Shown: positions 1 through 10,957, numbered from the stretch's first letter. The stretch is DNA of 64,000 bases from Alphaproteobacteria bacterium (GCA_963555825.3 CAUVXB020000002.1:576001-640000), one strand, 5' to 3'. Made by a program: numbers and translations. The notes: generated by a model from the letters alone, not told the origin.

Positions 1-347
1 GCCGAAGTACGACAAGGCCGCGGCCTGCCTGGCCAAGGACCGCGACGTCCTGCTGACGTTCTACGACTTCCCCGCCGAGCACTGGAAGCATGTACGCACG
101 ACCAACCCCATCGAGAGCACGTTCGCCACGGTTCGTCTGCGCACCTACCGGACCAAGGGCTGCCTGTCGCGCAAGACGGCGATGGCCATGGTCTTCAAAC
201 TATGCCAGTGCGCTCAGAGAAAATGGAGAAAACTCGATGGATCGAACCATCTCGCCGAGATCATTCGCGGCGTCAAATTCGTAGATGGAGAACGCCAGGA
301 TCGCGCCGCCGCATGATCAGCCCATACACAACTTTTGACAATAGCTC
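1..347 (+). mobile_element. IS256-family element (type A), 3' part; inserted into istA of an IS21 copy
   Basis: Matches 16506-16852; transposase C-terminus (HVRTTNPIES) stops at 316; terminal IR ...TTTTGACAATAGCTC ends at 347. Confidence 0.93.
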
Positions 348-1296
348 CGCCGCCTGGCGCCGGCGGCACTGTTCGGCGAGAGCATCGTTGAGGGCCGCGA
401 AGCTCTCGGCACGCGGGACGGGGACCAGGAAGTTCCGCCGGATGAAGCCGACCAGTCCCTCGACCTTGCCCTTGTCGTTGCCCTTGCCCGGCCGGCCGAA
501 CCTGTCCTCGAACAGATAGTGGGACTGAAGCTCCGTGAAGACGCGCGTTCGCTGCCGCTTCCCATCGCCCAGGATCCGGGCAACCGCCAGCTTGGTGTTG
601 TCGTACAGGATGGATCGGGGGACGCCGCCGAAGAAGGCAAACGCCGCGTTGTGGCCATCGCAGAATGCTTCGGTCGTCTCCGCCGGATAGGCCGCAACAA
701 AGCAACCATCACTGTGGGGAAGGTCGAAGGCAAGGAAGTGGATCTTCCGTAACGCGCCGCCGATCACCGCCATCGCTTCGCCGAAGTCCGCCTGGGCGTG
801 ACCGGGGGAATGGGAGAGTGGCACGAACACCTCACGCGACCGAAGCCCCTGCTCACGAACGTAGTCCTTCACGATGGTGTAGCCGCCCGTGAAACCGTAC
901 TCGTCCCGGAGGCGGTCGAAGATGCGCTTCGCAGTGTGCCGTTGCTTGCGGTGGCTGGTCCGATCGTCTTCCAAGATCCGATCGATGATTCCCGTGAACG
1001 GACCCAGCTTTGGCCGCCTCGGCGGCGCGCTTCGGCGATACCCTGGCGGCACCGAGAACGACAGCATCTTACGGACCGTCTTGCGGTCTACACCAAACAC
1101 CCGCGAGGCCTCGCGGGTGCTCATCCCCTCGACATGACACGCCCGCCGAACCCGTGCGTACAACTCCACCCGATACATCCCCCCCGCCTTCCAGTCAGAG
1201 CAACCCTGACAGAAGGCTATACGCGGTCCCATTTTGGTCCGCCGCAGCCGGATCGACCGGCCGCTTCAGTGGGGGATTATTGCTCTGCCGTTCTCA
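348..1296 (-). mobile_element. istA: IS21-family element copy 1 (left end and 5' istA, 1178 to 348), interrupted by IS256
   Basis: Left end TGAGAACGGCAGAGC on minus strand at 1296; IstA motifs QADFGEA, YDNTK, DKGKVEG; same sequence as 3736-4692 apart from G-tract length. Confidence 0.93.
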
Positions 1297-2104
1297 CCGA
1301 GAATGCCGCAAAGGGTTATTTCGGGGTTCAGGACATCCGCCGCGTTGTGTTCGAGAAGCCGTCGGAATTCCTGCTTCGAGTACAATGTCTCGCCTGTAAC
1401 GACCGTCAGGTTTGATTGGGCGCGGATACGAGCAAGCGAGTCCACGTCGCTTGCGCTGGCCGGGTCCTCAAACCATGAGACCCCATGGGCGTGGAGCGCA
1501 TCGACGATCACGGGGAAGTCCTCCTGGCGCATCCTGCTCCACATATCGATAAGAACTGAAACATCGGGGCCCACCGCATCCCTCACGGCGCGCAGGCACG
1601 CGATGCCGTCTCCGACCGAGTTGTCATAAAGGAAGGGATAGATTTTTACGGCCCTGAATCCTCTTTCCACTTGTTCCGTGGCGAAGGATGCAAGCTGTTC
1701 GGGCGAGCGGGTTTCGTCACTCCAGCAATTTGCATAAACGCCGATGCGCTCGCGGCAAGGACCGCCCAACAACTTGTGAATCGGTGAGTCCAGAGCCTTG
1801 CCGACGATATCCCACAGGGCAATTTCAATGCCGGCGGCAGCCGTTGAAATTTCGATTCCATCTCGGGGGTTGGTGATACTGTCATATGCCATCGTCATGA
1901 AGCGTTTGATGCAAAACGGGTCCATGCCGACGACGTCGTGCGACAGCCTTTGAACCTTCCTGGCAATCGCATGTTCGCGCTCATGTATCCTGTGGGTCTC
2001 TCCCCACCCCTCTATGCCTTCGTCGGTTTCCAGCTTGACCAATATCCAGGTTCTTCCCGGACCCCATGCCGTCACGGATATTTCGGGGGGGATGAAATAG
2101 ATTT

Positions 2105-2824
2105 GGGGCTGTCCTAGCTAAGCGGCATGCTTAGGCTAGGATGGCGGGATGTACGAGAGGAAAAGCCGGCTCAGTGATTGGAAGCGCGGTCGTCTGATTG
2201 AGCACTTCGTTGCGGGTACGACGGCTCGGGCAGCAGCCGAACTGGTTGGCGTCCACCGGAACACGGCGGCCTCGTTTTATACTCGGCTTCGCAAGGTGAT
2301 TGCCGAGGAAATGGAGAAGGCCTCGCCTTTTGCCGGAGAGATCGAGGTTGATGAGAGTTATTTTGGCGGCCGCCGCAAAGGCAAGCGGGGTCGAGGCGCT
2401 GGCGGAAAAGTCCCGGTTTTCGGGCTTTTGAAGCGAGGTGGGAAGGTCTACACGGCGATGATTCCCAATGCCCGGACTGCCACGTTGATGCCGATTATGG
2501 AGCGTATGATCCGGCCTGACAGCATCGTCTATACGGACGGCTTTTCGAGCTATGATGCCCTGGACGTTTCGGACTTCCACCATGTTCGGATCAATCACTC
2601 GGAGCGGTTCGTCGACGAGCGGAGCCATATCAACGGGATCGAGAACTTCTGGAACCAGGCGAAGCGGCATTTACGGCGCTTCAATGGCGTCCCGAAACAG
2701 AGCTTTCACCTGTTCCTCAAGGAGTGCGAATGGCGGTTCAACGGAGGTGACCACCGAGAACTGCTTAACCAATTGAAGACATGGATTATTTTGAGACAGA
2801 AACGCCCTTAGCTAGGACAGCCCG
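2105..2824 (+). mobile_element. IS1595-family (IS1016-like) element
   Basis: IRs GGGCTGTCCTAGCTAAG / CTTAGCTAGGACAGCCC; 8-bp TSD ATAGATTT at 2097-2104 and 2825-2832. Confidence 0.93.
2149..2811 (+). CDS. IS1595-family transposase
   Basis: EVDESYFGG, KRGRGAGGK, YTDG, HINGIENFW motifs. Confidence 0.93.
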   Translation: MYERKSRLSDWKRGRLIEHFVAGTTARAAAELVGVHRNTAASFYTRLRKVIAEEMEKASPFAGEIEVDESYFGGRRKGKRGRGAGGKVPVFGLLKRGGKVYTAMIPNARTATLMPIMERMIRPDSIVYTDGFSSYDALDVSDFHHVRINHSERFVDERSHINGIENFWNQAKRHLRRFNGVPKQSFHLFLKECEWRFNGGDHRELLNQLKTWIILRQKRP

Positions 2825-3065
2825 ATAGATTTTTGCAGCCGTGATTTTCATGAAGTGCGAACCTCCCCTTACTCGTCATCCGACGAGCCGGAGTTTTCTT
2901 GGCGCTCTTCTATCAGGGAACCCGCCAAGATGCTTTAGCCGGCCATCTACTCTCGAGAAATTGCTGCCTCATGGCGACACGCCCGCAGAATAATCCAAGG
3001 CATTAATATGAACAGCCTTCAAATGACATCACTGGGGGAATCCTACGAAAGCCCGCTCACGGCTA

Positions 3066-3395
3066 GAAGCCGACATCCAGCGTGATCTCGCTTGGCGTCC
3101 GGTTTCCGCTCGTAAGCGGAAGTGCCTGTCCTGAAAATTCGGGCGTGAATCATTGAAGTCCGGTTACCGCTCGGAAGTGGACACCGTGAGCCTACGCCGC
3201 TGATGTCTGGTGCTGACCCAGGCTGTGTAAAAACCGCCCCCGAGCGCTATTGGCACGATTTTCTCTAACTTCTCGAATTTCTAAACTCAACAAAATCAAC
3301 ATCTTATCAGAGGGCACTTTAGAAGAATTGACCGAGCACTCTCCTGTTAGTGGTATTTTCCGGCGTTTTTACACAGCCTGGACCCGACGCGGACT
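3066..3395. repeat. Cluster of short REP-like hairpins (GTCCG...CGGAC type), the last one split by a MITE
   Basis: GTCCGGTTTCCGCTCGTAAGCGGAAG, GTCCGGTTACCGCTCGGAAGTGGAC, GTCTGGTGCTGACC//CGACGCGGAC; related hairpins at about 18669-18726. Confidence 0.5.
3219..3380. mobile_element. Non-autonomous MITE with IS1182-like ends
   Basis: Perfect IR CAGGCTGTGTAAAAAC / GTTTTTACACAGCCTG, flanking GACC duplication, AT-rich non-coding interior. Confidence 0.75.
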
Positions 3396-3429
3396 TTGAG
3401 TTTGTCGGTTCGGTCCTACAAGCGCCAGC

Positions 3430-3478
3430 TTGACAAATAGCATATTATATCGCCTTTCGATGTCGAATTTCGATATAG
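3430..3478 (+). promoter_or_regulatory. Putative sigma70 promoter/operator of the chrA remnant
   Basis: TTGACA at 3430, AT-rich spacer, dyad TATATCG...CGATATA, then RBS GGAGG. Confidence 0.4.
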
Positions 3479-3494
3479 CACGGAGGAGTACGCA

Positions 3495-3735
3495 ATTTCT
3501 GACGTTTCGCAGGCGGACTCACGGGTAGAAGCCGCGGCGCGGACCTCGCCCGCGAAAGTCTTCCTCATCTTCCTACGGTTGGGGTGTACGTCGTTTGGCG
3601 GGCCAGTCGCACATCTCGGCTATTTCCGTGACGAGTTTGTCGGCCGGCGGAATTGGATCGATGAACGCGCATATGCCGATCTAGTGGCCCTCTGCCAGTT
3701 CCTGCCTGGACCGGCGTCGAGTCAGGTCGGTATTG
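3495..3735 (+). pseudogene. chrA: Chromate efflux transporter N-terminal fragment truncated by IS21
   Basis: Not in ORF track; translates to VFLIFLRLGCTSFGGPVAHLGYFRDEFVGRRNWIDERAYADLVALCQFLPGPASSQVGI (CHR signature); ATT where the start codon is expected. Confidence 0.88.
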
Positions 3736-4782
3736 TGAGAACGGCAGAGCAATAATCCCCCACTGAAGCGGCCGGTCGATCCGGCTGCGGCGGACCAAAA
3801 TGGGACCGCGTATAGCCTTCTGTCAGGGTTGCTCTGACTGGAAGGCGGGGGGGGGGGGGGGATGTATCGGGTGGAGTTGTACGCACGGGTTCGGCGGGCG
3901 TGTCATGTCGAGGGGATGAGCACCCGCGAGGCCTCGCGGGTGTTTGGTGTAGACCGCAAGACGGTCCGTAAGATGCTGTCGTTCTCGGTGCCGCCAGGGT
4001 ATCGCCGAAGCGCGCCGCCGAGGCGGCCAAAGCTGGGTCCGTTCACGGGAATCATCGATCGGATCTTGGAAGACGATCGGACCAGCCACCGCAAGCAACG
4101 GCACACTGCGAAGCGCATCTTCGACCGCCTCCGGGACGAGTACGGTTTCACGGGCGGCTACACCATCGTGAAGGACTACGTTCGTGAGCAGGGGCTTCGG
4201 TCGCGTGAGGTGTTCGTGCCACTCTCCCATTCCCCCGGTCACGCCCAGGCGGACTTCGGCGAAGCGATGGCGGTGATCGGCGGCGCGTTACGGAAGATCC
4301 ACTTCCTTGCCTTCGACCTTCCCCACAGTGATGGTTGCTTTGTTGCGGCCTATCCGGCGGAGACGACCGAAGCATTCTGCGATGGCCACAACGCGGCGTT
4401 TGCCTTCTTCGGCGGCGTCCCCCGATCCATCCTGTACGACAACACCAAGCTGGCGGTTGCCCGGATCCTGGGCGATGGGAAGCGGCAGCGAACGCGCGTC
4501 TTCACGGAGCTTCAGTCCCACTATCTGTTCGAGGACAGGTTCGGCCGGCCGGGCAAGGGCAACGACAAGGGCAAGGTCGAGGGACTGGTCGGCTTCATCC
4601 GGCGGAACTTCCTGGTCCCCGTCCCGCGTGCCGAGAGCTTCGCGGCCCTCAACGATGCTCTCGCCGAACAGTGCCGCCGGCGCCAGGCGGCGCGGCTGCG
4701 GGGCCACAAGATGCTATGAGGCTGAAGGACGCAGCCTCAAGCTCCTTCGATTATTTCAACCTCGATCAGAAGGAGCGACACG

Positions 4783-5916
4783 ATGGCACAGTTTCCGGTA
4801 TCGACCTCCAATGAACACGCTATTTATGCGGCACTGGAGTTGAGCAAGAACAGCTGGCTTTTGGCGATCCAGGCTCCGGGGCGGGGCAATCCGAGCTTGC
4901 ATCCGATCAAGGGCGGCGACGCTGAAGGACTGATGGCCAAGCTGGACGCGGCGCGGGACCGGGTGGTCAAGGTGACGGGTCGAACGCCGACGATAACGCT
5001 GTGCTACGAGGCCGGCTACGACGGCTTCTGGTTGGCGCGGTTCCTCGAGCAGCGCGGCATCGAGTGTCTGGTCATGGAGCCGGCCAGCTTGCGGGTCAAC
5101 CGCCGGGCGCGGCGGGTGAAGACCGACCGCATCGATGTCGAGAATATTCTTCATACGCTGATCGCCTGGTGCCGCGGCGAGCGTCATGTCTGCTCCATGG
5201 TGGTGATTCCGAGCGTCGCGGAGGAGGACCTTCGCCGCTCTCATCGGGAACGTGACCGATTGGTCCGCGAGCGAACCGCCCACATCAACCGGATCAAGGG
5301 TCTGCTATTCGGTCAGGGCATTCGCGGCATCAATGTCAAGGCGCGCTACAAGACCTTGACACCGGCGGCGCTGGTCACCGGAGACGGCCGACCCCTGCCG
5401 GACCGTCTCGGCCGCGAGATCGCGCGGGAGATCGCGAGACTGGCCCAGGTCCAAGCGCAGATCGTCGAGGTCGAGCGTGAGCGTGATCAAGCGCCGACAC
5501 CGTGTGTGGCCACGGAAAGCAAGCGTCACCAGCTGCTGCGCTTAAAGGGCCTCGGCCCGGCCTTATCCACGACGCTCGCACGGGAAGTCTATTATCGCCA
5601 GTTCGCCAATCGCCGACAGGTGGCAAGCTATATCGGGATCACGCCCAGTGCCTATGACAGCGGCGACGGGCGCCGCAGCCAAGGCATCTCCAAGGCGGGC
5701 AATCGGCTGGCACGGGTTGCCATGATCGAAGCCGCATGGCTTTGGGTCCGCCATCAACCCGATAGCGCTCTGACCCAGTGGTTCCATGACCGCACCCAAG
5801 GTCAGAAGGGGCGCATCAGGCGCGTCATGATCGTCGCCCTGGCCCGCAAACTGGCGATCGCGCTTTGGCGGTATCTGGAAACCGGGCTGATCCCGGTGGG
5901 TGCTGTCGTCAAATAG
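4783..5916 (+). CDS. IS110-family recombinase/transposase
   Basis: ALELSK, CYEAG, KTDRID, YIGITPSAYDSG, ISKAGN, ALARKL motifs. Confidence 0.95.
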   Translation: MAQFPVSTSNEHAIYAALELSKNSWLLAIQAPGRGNPSLHPIKGGDAEGLMAKLDAARDRVVKVTGRTPTITLCYEAGYDGFWLARFLEQRGIECLVMEPASLRVNRRARRVKTDRIDVENILHTLIAWCRGERHVCSMVVIPSVAEEDLRRSHRERDRLVRERTAHINRIKGLLFGQGIRGINVKARYKTLTPAALVTGDGRPLPDRLGREIAREIARLAQVQAQIVEVERERDQAPTPCVATESKRHQLLRLKGLGPALSTTLAREVYYRQFANRRQVASYIGITPSAYDSGDGRRSQGISKAGNRLARVAMIEAAWLWVRHQPDSALTQWFHDRTQGQKGRIRRVMIVALARKLAIALWRYLETGLIPVGAVVK

Positions 5917-5949
5917 GACTGCGGATCAGCTCAGCGTTCTAACGGGCTT

Positions 5950-6200
5950 CATTCCCCGATGGGAACGCTTGTTGGCAGGTTGGATGTGTGACTGCATGTC
6001 TCCTTGGCGAAGGTGCCGTCCACAAGATTAGTCCCATCCCCGTCCTGTGATGGTCCATGTATACAGCATTGTGGCAAGCCGGATCGGAGCTGCCGGATAT
6101 AAGGTGATGCGATCACTCGCACGAAACACGGAACTCATCGCAAGACCCGCCCTGGATACAAAGCCATAACCAATGGAAGAGACGATCATGTGGCGTAGAT
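5950..6200 (+). ncRNA. Putative bridge/seek RNA of the IS1111-group element
   Basis: Target guides GTCTCCTTG (5998-6006) and CCACAAG (6020-6026), donor guides AGCAT (6065-6069) and ATATAAG (6097-6103), each pair separated by a hairpin; RNA ends approximate. Confidence 0.8.
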
Positions 6201-6881
6201 TAAATCCACCTTGACAGCAAACGCCTCATATAAGGAGACCATCGGCGAGCGTCTCGAGCGGGATCGTCAAGTTCTCTTGCCATTGCCGCCTGCTCCCTAT
6301 GATGCCTGCGATAAGCGCCCTGGACGGGCGAGTTCGCTGTCGCTGGTGCGTTACCGCAGCAACGACTATTCCGTGCCCGTGGCCTACGGCCACCGTGAGG
6401 TGCTCATCCGGGGCTACGTCGATGAGGTGGTGATCAGCTGCGGGGCCGAGGTGATCGCCCGGCACCGCCGGTCCTACGACAGCGAGGACCTGATCTTCGA
6501 CCCGCTGCATTACCTGCCCTTGATCGAGCAGAAGATCGGCGCCCTCGACCAGGCCGCGCCATTGGCGGGCTGGGACCTGCCCGAGGCCTTCATCACTCTG
6601 CGGCGGCTCCTCGAAGCTCGTATGGGCAAGGCAGGCAAGCGCGAGTACGTCCAGGTGCTCCGTCTACTGGAGACCTTCCGGCTCGAGGAGGTCGAGGGTG
6701 CGGTCGGCGACGCCCTGCGGCTCGGCGCAATCGGCTTTGATGCGGTGAAGCACCTGGTACTGTGCCGCATCGAGCGGCGGCCGCCCAGGCTCAACCTCGA
6801 CGTCTATCCGTATCTGCCGCGCGCCCGGGTCGCGATGACGTCCGCCAAGTCGTACATGAGCCTGCTGTCGGGGCTCGGCGC

Positions 6882-7646
6882 ATGACCGACACACCGCAAG
6901 TGCTGCTCGCCCACCACCTCAAGACGCTGAAGCTGCCGACCTTCCTGCGCGAGTACGACAAGATCGCCCGGCAGTGCGCCTCGGAAGGCGTCGATCACGT
7001 CCGCTACCTGTTGAGACTCGCCGAGCTCGAGCTGATCGACCGCGAGCGCCGCATGGTCGAGCGGCGCATCAAGGCGGCGCGCTTCCCCGTGGTCAAGAGC
7101 CTCGACAGCTTCGACTTCAAGGTCATCCCCTCGCTCAACAAGGCGCTGGTCCTGGAGCTGGCCCGCTGCGAGTACATCGAGCGCCGCGAGAACCTCATCG
7201 CGCTCGGCAACAGTGGGACCGGCAAGACCCACATCGCCCTCGGTCTCGGCCTGGCGGCCTGCCAGAAGGGCCTCTCGGTCGGCTTCATCACCGCCGCCGC
7301 GCTGGTCCACGAACTCATCGAGGCCCGCGATGACAAGCAGCTGCTGAGGTTCCAGAAGAAGCTCGCCACCTACAAGCTTCTGATCGTCGACGAACTCGGC
7401 TTCGTGCCGCTGTCGAAGACCGGCGCCGAGCTGTTGTTCGAGGTGTTCAGCCAACGCTACGAGCGGGGCTCGACCCTGGTCACCACCAATCTGCCCTTCG
7501 ACGAATGGACCGAGGTGTTCGGCTCCGAGCGCCTCACCGGCGCGCTCCTCGATCGCCTCACCCACCACGTCAACATCCTCGAGATGAACGGTGACAGCTA
7601 CAGGCTCAACCAGAGCCGCAGGCGTCAAACCCCGACTGCTAACTGA
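6882..7646 (+). CDS. istB: IS21 helper ATPase IstB
   Basis: Walker A GNSGTGKT, Walker [16 protein letters not shown]; ATGA overlap with istA. Confidence 0.95.
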   Translation: MTDTPQVLLAHHLKTLKLPTFLREYDKIARQCASEGVDHVRYLLRLAELELIDRERRMVERRIKAARFPVVKSLDSFDFKVIPSLNKALVLELARCEYIERRENLIALGNSGTGKTHIALGLGLAACQKGLSVGFITAAALVHELIEARDDKQLLRFQKKLATYKLLIVDELGFVPLSKTGAELLFEVFSQRYERGSTLVTTNLPFDEWTEVFGSERLTGALLDRLTHHVNILEMNGDSYRLNQSRRRQTPTAN

Positions 7647-7837
7647 ACCGACCACCCAGCCCACGCTTGACCCCGTGGGCCCACAGGTCCCTCCCGCGCG
7701 CGCCGCCGCGTCAGCCTGTTGAGGGCACGCCGCGTCGCGCGCGGGGCCCTCCCGTGGACTACGGGGACAAGCCCGCAGCCGCCAAGCGGTCCCTTCTTAC
7801 ACCGCCGAGGTGGTCCCTTTTTGCTCCGCCATTGACA

Positions 7838-10753
7838 ACGGTGACGGTCACGCTGAGCCCAAGCGGCGCGGGTGCCTCGAGTCTGAGCACGGACCCGCAG
7901 ACCCTGACGTTCACCGCCTTGAGCTGGAACACGGCGGAAACAGTGACCGTCTCGGCCGCAAACGACTCCGACGCCAACGACGAGACAGGCGCAATCGGGC
8001 ACACAGGGTCCGGAGCCGACTACGCAGGGCTACACAGCGATCTCGACGTGACCATCCTCGACAACACCGGAGGACCGATCGTCACCGCAGTAACGATCTC
8101 GCCAACACCCCCCGGAGCGAGCGCGGTCGCCAGGAGCCCGAGGACAAAGGACGAACTCGCGGCGCTGCCCGCAAACGCAGTGCACGGACCCGGAGCAAGG
8201 CTCGTGTTCACCGTGACGTTCAGCAGGGCAGTCACCGTGGTACCTGATCCGAACACCGGAGCAAAACCTGAGCTGAAGCTCGACATCTTCGGGCGCACAC
8301 ACACGGCACGCTACAGCGGGGGGTCGGGCACGACACAGCTCAGGTTCGGATGGACGGCGTCGCAGGGCGACTACGATCCAGACGGACCGAGCATAGACGA
8401 ACTCACAGAGAACGGAGCGAAGATCGAGGACGGAACCGGACGGGAAGCGAACCTCACAGGAGCGAAGCAAAGCAACCTTCAAGCGCATCGAGTGCGAGGC
8501 GGCTTCTACAACATGCGGATCAGCGCAGAGAGCACCAGCGTGCGCGAGGGCGACGACCTCGAGATCAGAGTAACCAGAAGCGGGGAGCACGACGAGACAG
8601 CGCACGCGTCGGTGAGGGTGACCGACAGCGGACTGCCCCAAGAGAGCAGGACCAGCGTGCTCTCGTTCCCGTTCAACTTTGACAGCGAGAACGCACGTCA
8701 AGCGGTATCGACAAATCGCATCACGGTGCCTGGAGACGGTGTGATGAACAACGACCGCACGATCACGCTCGAGATTACCTACGCGGATTTCGGAAACCAA
8801 TGGTACGAGATCGGACCGCCCGCTTCGGCGAGCGTCGCGGTCACGGAGAACAACCTCGGAGAGAACGCACCGGTGCTGTCGGTAGGACCGGCAGATGCGC
8901 ACGAGGTGCCGGGGGCAACGCTCAATTTCGAGGTGAGTCTCAACAAGACACCGGACGAAATGGTCACCGTCGATTACACGACGCGCGACGGAACGGCAAC
9001 CGTGGCCGACGGTGATTACGTCGAGAGGAGCGGAACGCTGACGTTCGAGGGGACCGAGACAGAGCACACGGTGGCCGTGGAAGTGCTTCCTGATGCGCAC
9101 GACGAGGGGAGGGAAACCGTATGGCTCGTGCTGTCGAACCCGCAAGGCGCCGTGATCGGGCGGGGCGAGAACTACGGCCATATCCACAATGACGGACCAA
9201 TCCCGAAGGCGTGGATCGCGCGCTTCGGGCGCACGGTGGCCGAACAGGTGCTGGAGGCGGTCGAGGGCCGGATGCGCGCGGCGCCGGCGCCCGGCGCCGA
9301 GGTCGCGCTCGCCGGCGAGCGGATCGGGGCGCAGTCCCCGGATCGGGGTCCGGGGCAAGCCGAGCCCGGCAGCGACGCGGAACGGGAGGCCCGGCGGGAA
9401 GAGGAGGCCCGGCGCGATACGCAGCGCCTCGCCGGCTGGCTGCAGGGCGAGACCGACCCGGAGGAGGCGCAGCGTCTCAGGTCCCGCGCGGTGACGCCGC
9501 GCGACCTGCTGACCGGCTCGTCTTTCGCGCTGACCGCGGAGACGGCCGGCAAGGACCTGGTCTCGCTCTGGGGCCGGGGCGCGGTGACGCGCTTCGACGG
9601 GCGCGAGGGCGATCTCATGCTGGACGGCGAGGTCGTGACCGGCATGCTCGGCGCCGACTGGACGGGCGGGCGCTGGACCGCCGGTCTGATCGTCTCCCAC
9701 AGCACCGCCGAGGGCGGGTATTCCGGGGCGCCGGACGCCGGGGACGCCGGCAGCGGCGGCAAGGTCGAGGCGACCCTGACCGGCCTCTTCCCCTGGGCGC
9801 GCCATGCGCTCTCGGAGCGGCTGGAGGCCTGGGGCGCGGCCGGCTACGGCCAGGGCGAGCTGACGGTGACGCCGAAGGCGCCGGGGACCGGCGGGGACGG
9901 CCCGGCGATCCACGCCGACCTCGACCTCCGGATGGCGGCGGTGGGCTTGCGCGGCGTGCTGCTGGATCCCGAATCGGGGTCCGGCTTCCAGCTGACCGGC
10001 AAGACCGACGCGATGGTCGTGCAGACGGCGTCGGGGCGGGGGCGCAGCGCCGACGGCGGCAGGCTCGAACCGGCCCGGGCGACGGTGACCCGGCTGCGTC
10101 TCGGGCTGGAGGCGGTGCGGCCGGTCGGGCTCGGCGGCGGGGCGACCCTGACGCCGCGCCTGGAGATCGGGGTGCGCCACGACGGCGGCGACGCCGAGAC
10201 CGGCGTCGGCCTCGACCTCGGCGGCGGGCTTGCGCTCAGCGACCCGAAGCGCGGCCTCCAGGCCGAGCTCAGCGGGCGCGGGCTGCTCGCCCACCAGTCG
10301 ACGGGCTTCCGCGACCTCGGCTTCTCGGGTTCGCTCGCCTGGGAAGGCAAGTCCGGCTCGGACCGGGGGGCGAAGCTGAGGCTGACCCAGACGGTCGGCG
10401 GGTCGTCCGCGGGCGGCGCCGATGCGCTCCTGTCGCGCACCACGCTGGAAGGGCTGGCGGCGAACGACAACGGCGAGGGCGGCAACGACGAGCTGAAGAG
10501 CCGGCGGCTGGAGCTGAAGTTCGGCTACGGCCTGTCGGCCTTCGGCGACCGTTTCACCTGGACGCCGGAGGTTGGCGTCGGCCTGTCGGACACCGGGCGC
10601 GACTACAGCCTCAGCTGGCGCCTGGTGCGCGGCGGGTCCGGCAGCGACGGCGGCGCGCTCGAACTCTCCTTCGAGGCGCGCCGGCGCGAGAGCGCCAACG
10701 ACGACACGGACCCGGTGCACGAGGTCGGTCTCCGTCTGACGGCGCGCTTCTGA
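7838..10753 (+). pseudogene. 5'-truncated large surface protein: Ig-like/Calx-beta passenger plus autotransporter-type beta-barrel
   Basis: Calx-beta motif VTVDYTTRDGTAT-DGDY-SGTLTFEGTETEHTVAVEV-D-HDEGRET; barrel ending in C-terminal F; N-terminus removed by IS21. Confidence 0.85.
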
Positions 10754-10957
10754 TGGGGTCCGGGCGGGTGTTGTCGGCAGTTTTCCTTTCGCGATTTCTT
10801 CCTCAGCGATATCACCGCCGAAGGCCCTGCGGCAAGGAGGGGAAGCATGGTGCGCGCGCGACGCGTGACCCTTCACGAGTCGGAGCGACGGTTCTACCGC
10901 GCGAAGCGCGGCCCCCTCCCGCTTTCATTGTTTGGCTCCAGCACCGGCTTCATCGAT

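Larger units (their letters stand above)
1297..2851 (-). pseudogene. Mandelate racemase/galactonate dehydratase-like enolase-superfamily gene, split by IS1595 and truncated at its 3' end by IS21
   Basis: Removing the IS1595 restores MKITAAKIYFIPPEISVTAWGPGRTWILVKLETDEGIEGWGE; motifs EIALWDIVGK, KIYP, WFEDP, TGE; RBS GGAGG upstream of ATG at 2851. Confidence 0.85.
4711..6234 (+). mobile_element. IS110-family, IS1111-group element
   Basis: Sub-terminal IRs TATGAGGC (4715-4722) / GCCTCATA (6223-6230); AAG core on both sides; long 3' non-coding region. Confidence 0.92.
3862..6885 (+). pseudogene. istA: IS21 transposase IstA interrupted by IS110 (3862-4710 plus 6235-6885)
   Basis: Rejoining gives in-frame RLRGHK-ETIGERLERD. 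Confidence 0.9.
3736..7837 (+). mobile_element. IS21-family element copy 2 (both ends present), carrying an IS110 insertion
   Basis: TG...CA ends (TGAGAACGGC / CCGCCATTGACA); istA-istB; no TSD and flanks come from unrelated genes. Confidence 0.93.

Noticed and set aside
348-7837. Composite transposon formed by IS21 copies 1 and 2
   Set aside because: Both istA copies are disrupted, the cargo is broken and no shared TSD is visible
7667-7837. ORF-track start of the 1028-aa protein
   Set aside because: First 57 codons are read through the IS21 right end; not a native N-terminus and no signal peptide
7838-9200. Diversity-generating retroelement as the cause of the A-rich passenger
   Set aside because: No reverse transcriptase and no template/variable repeat pair in the window
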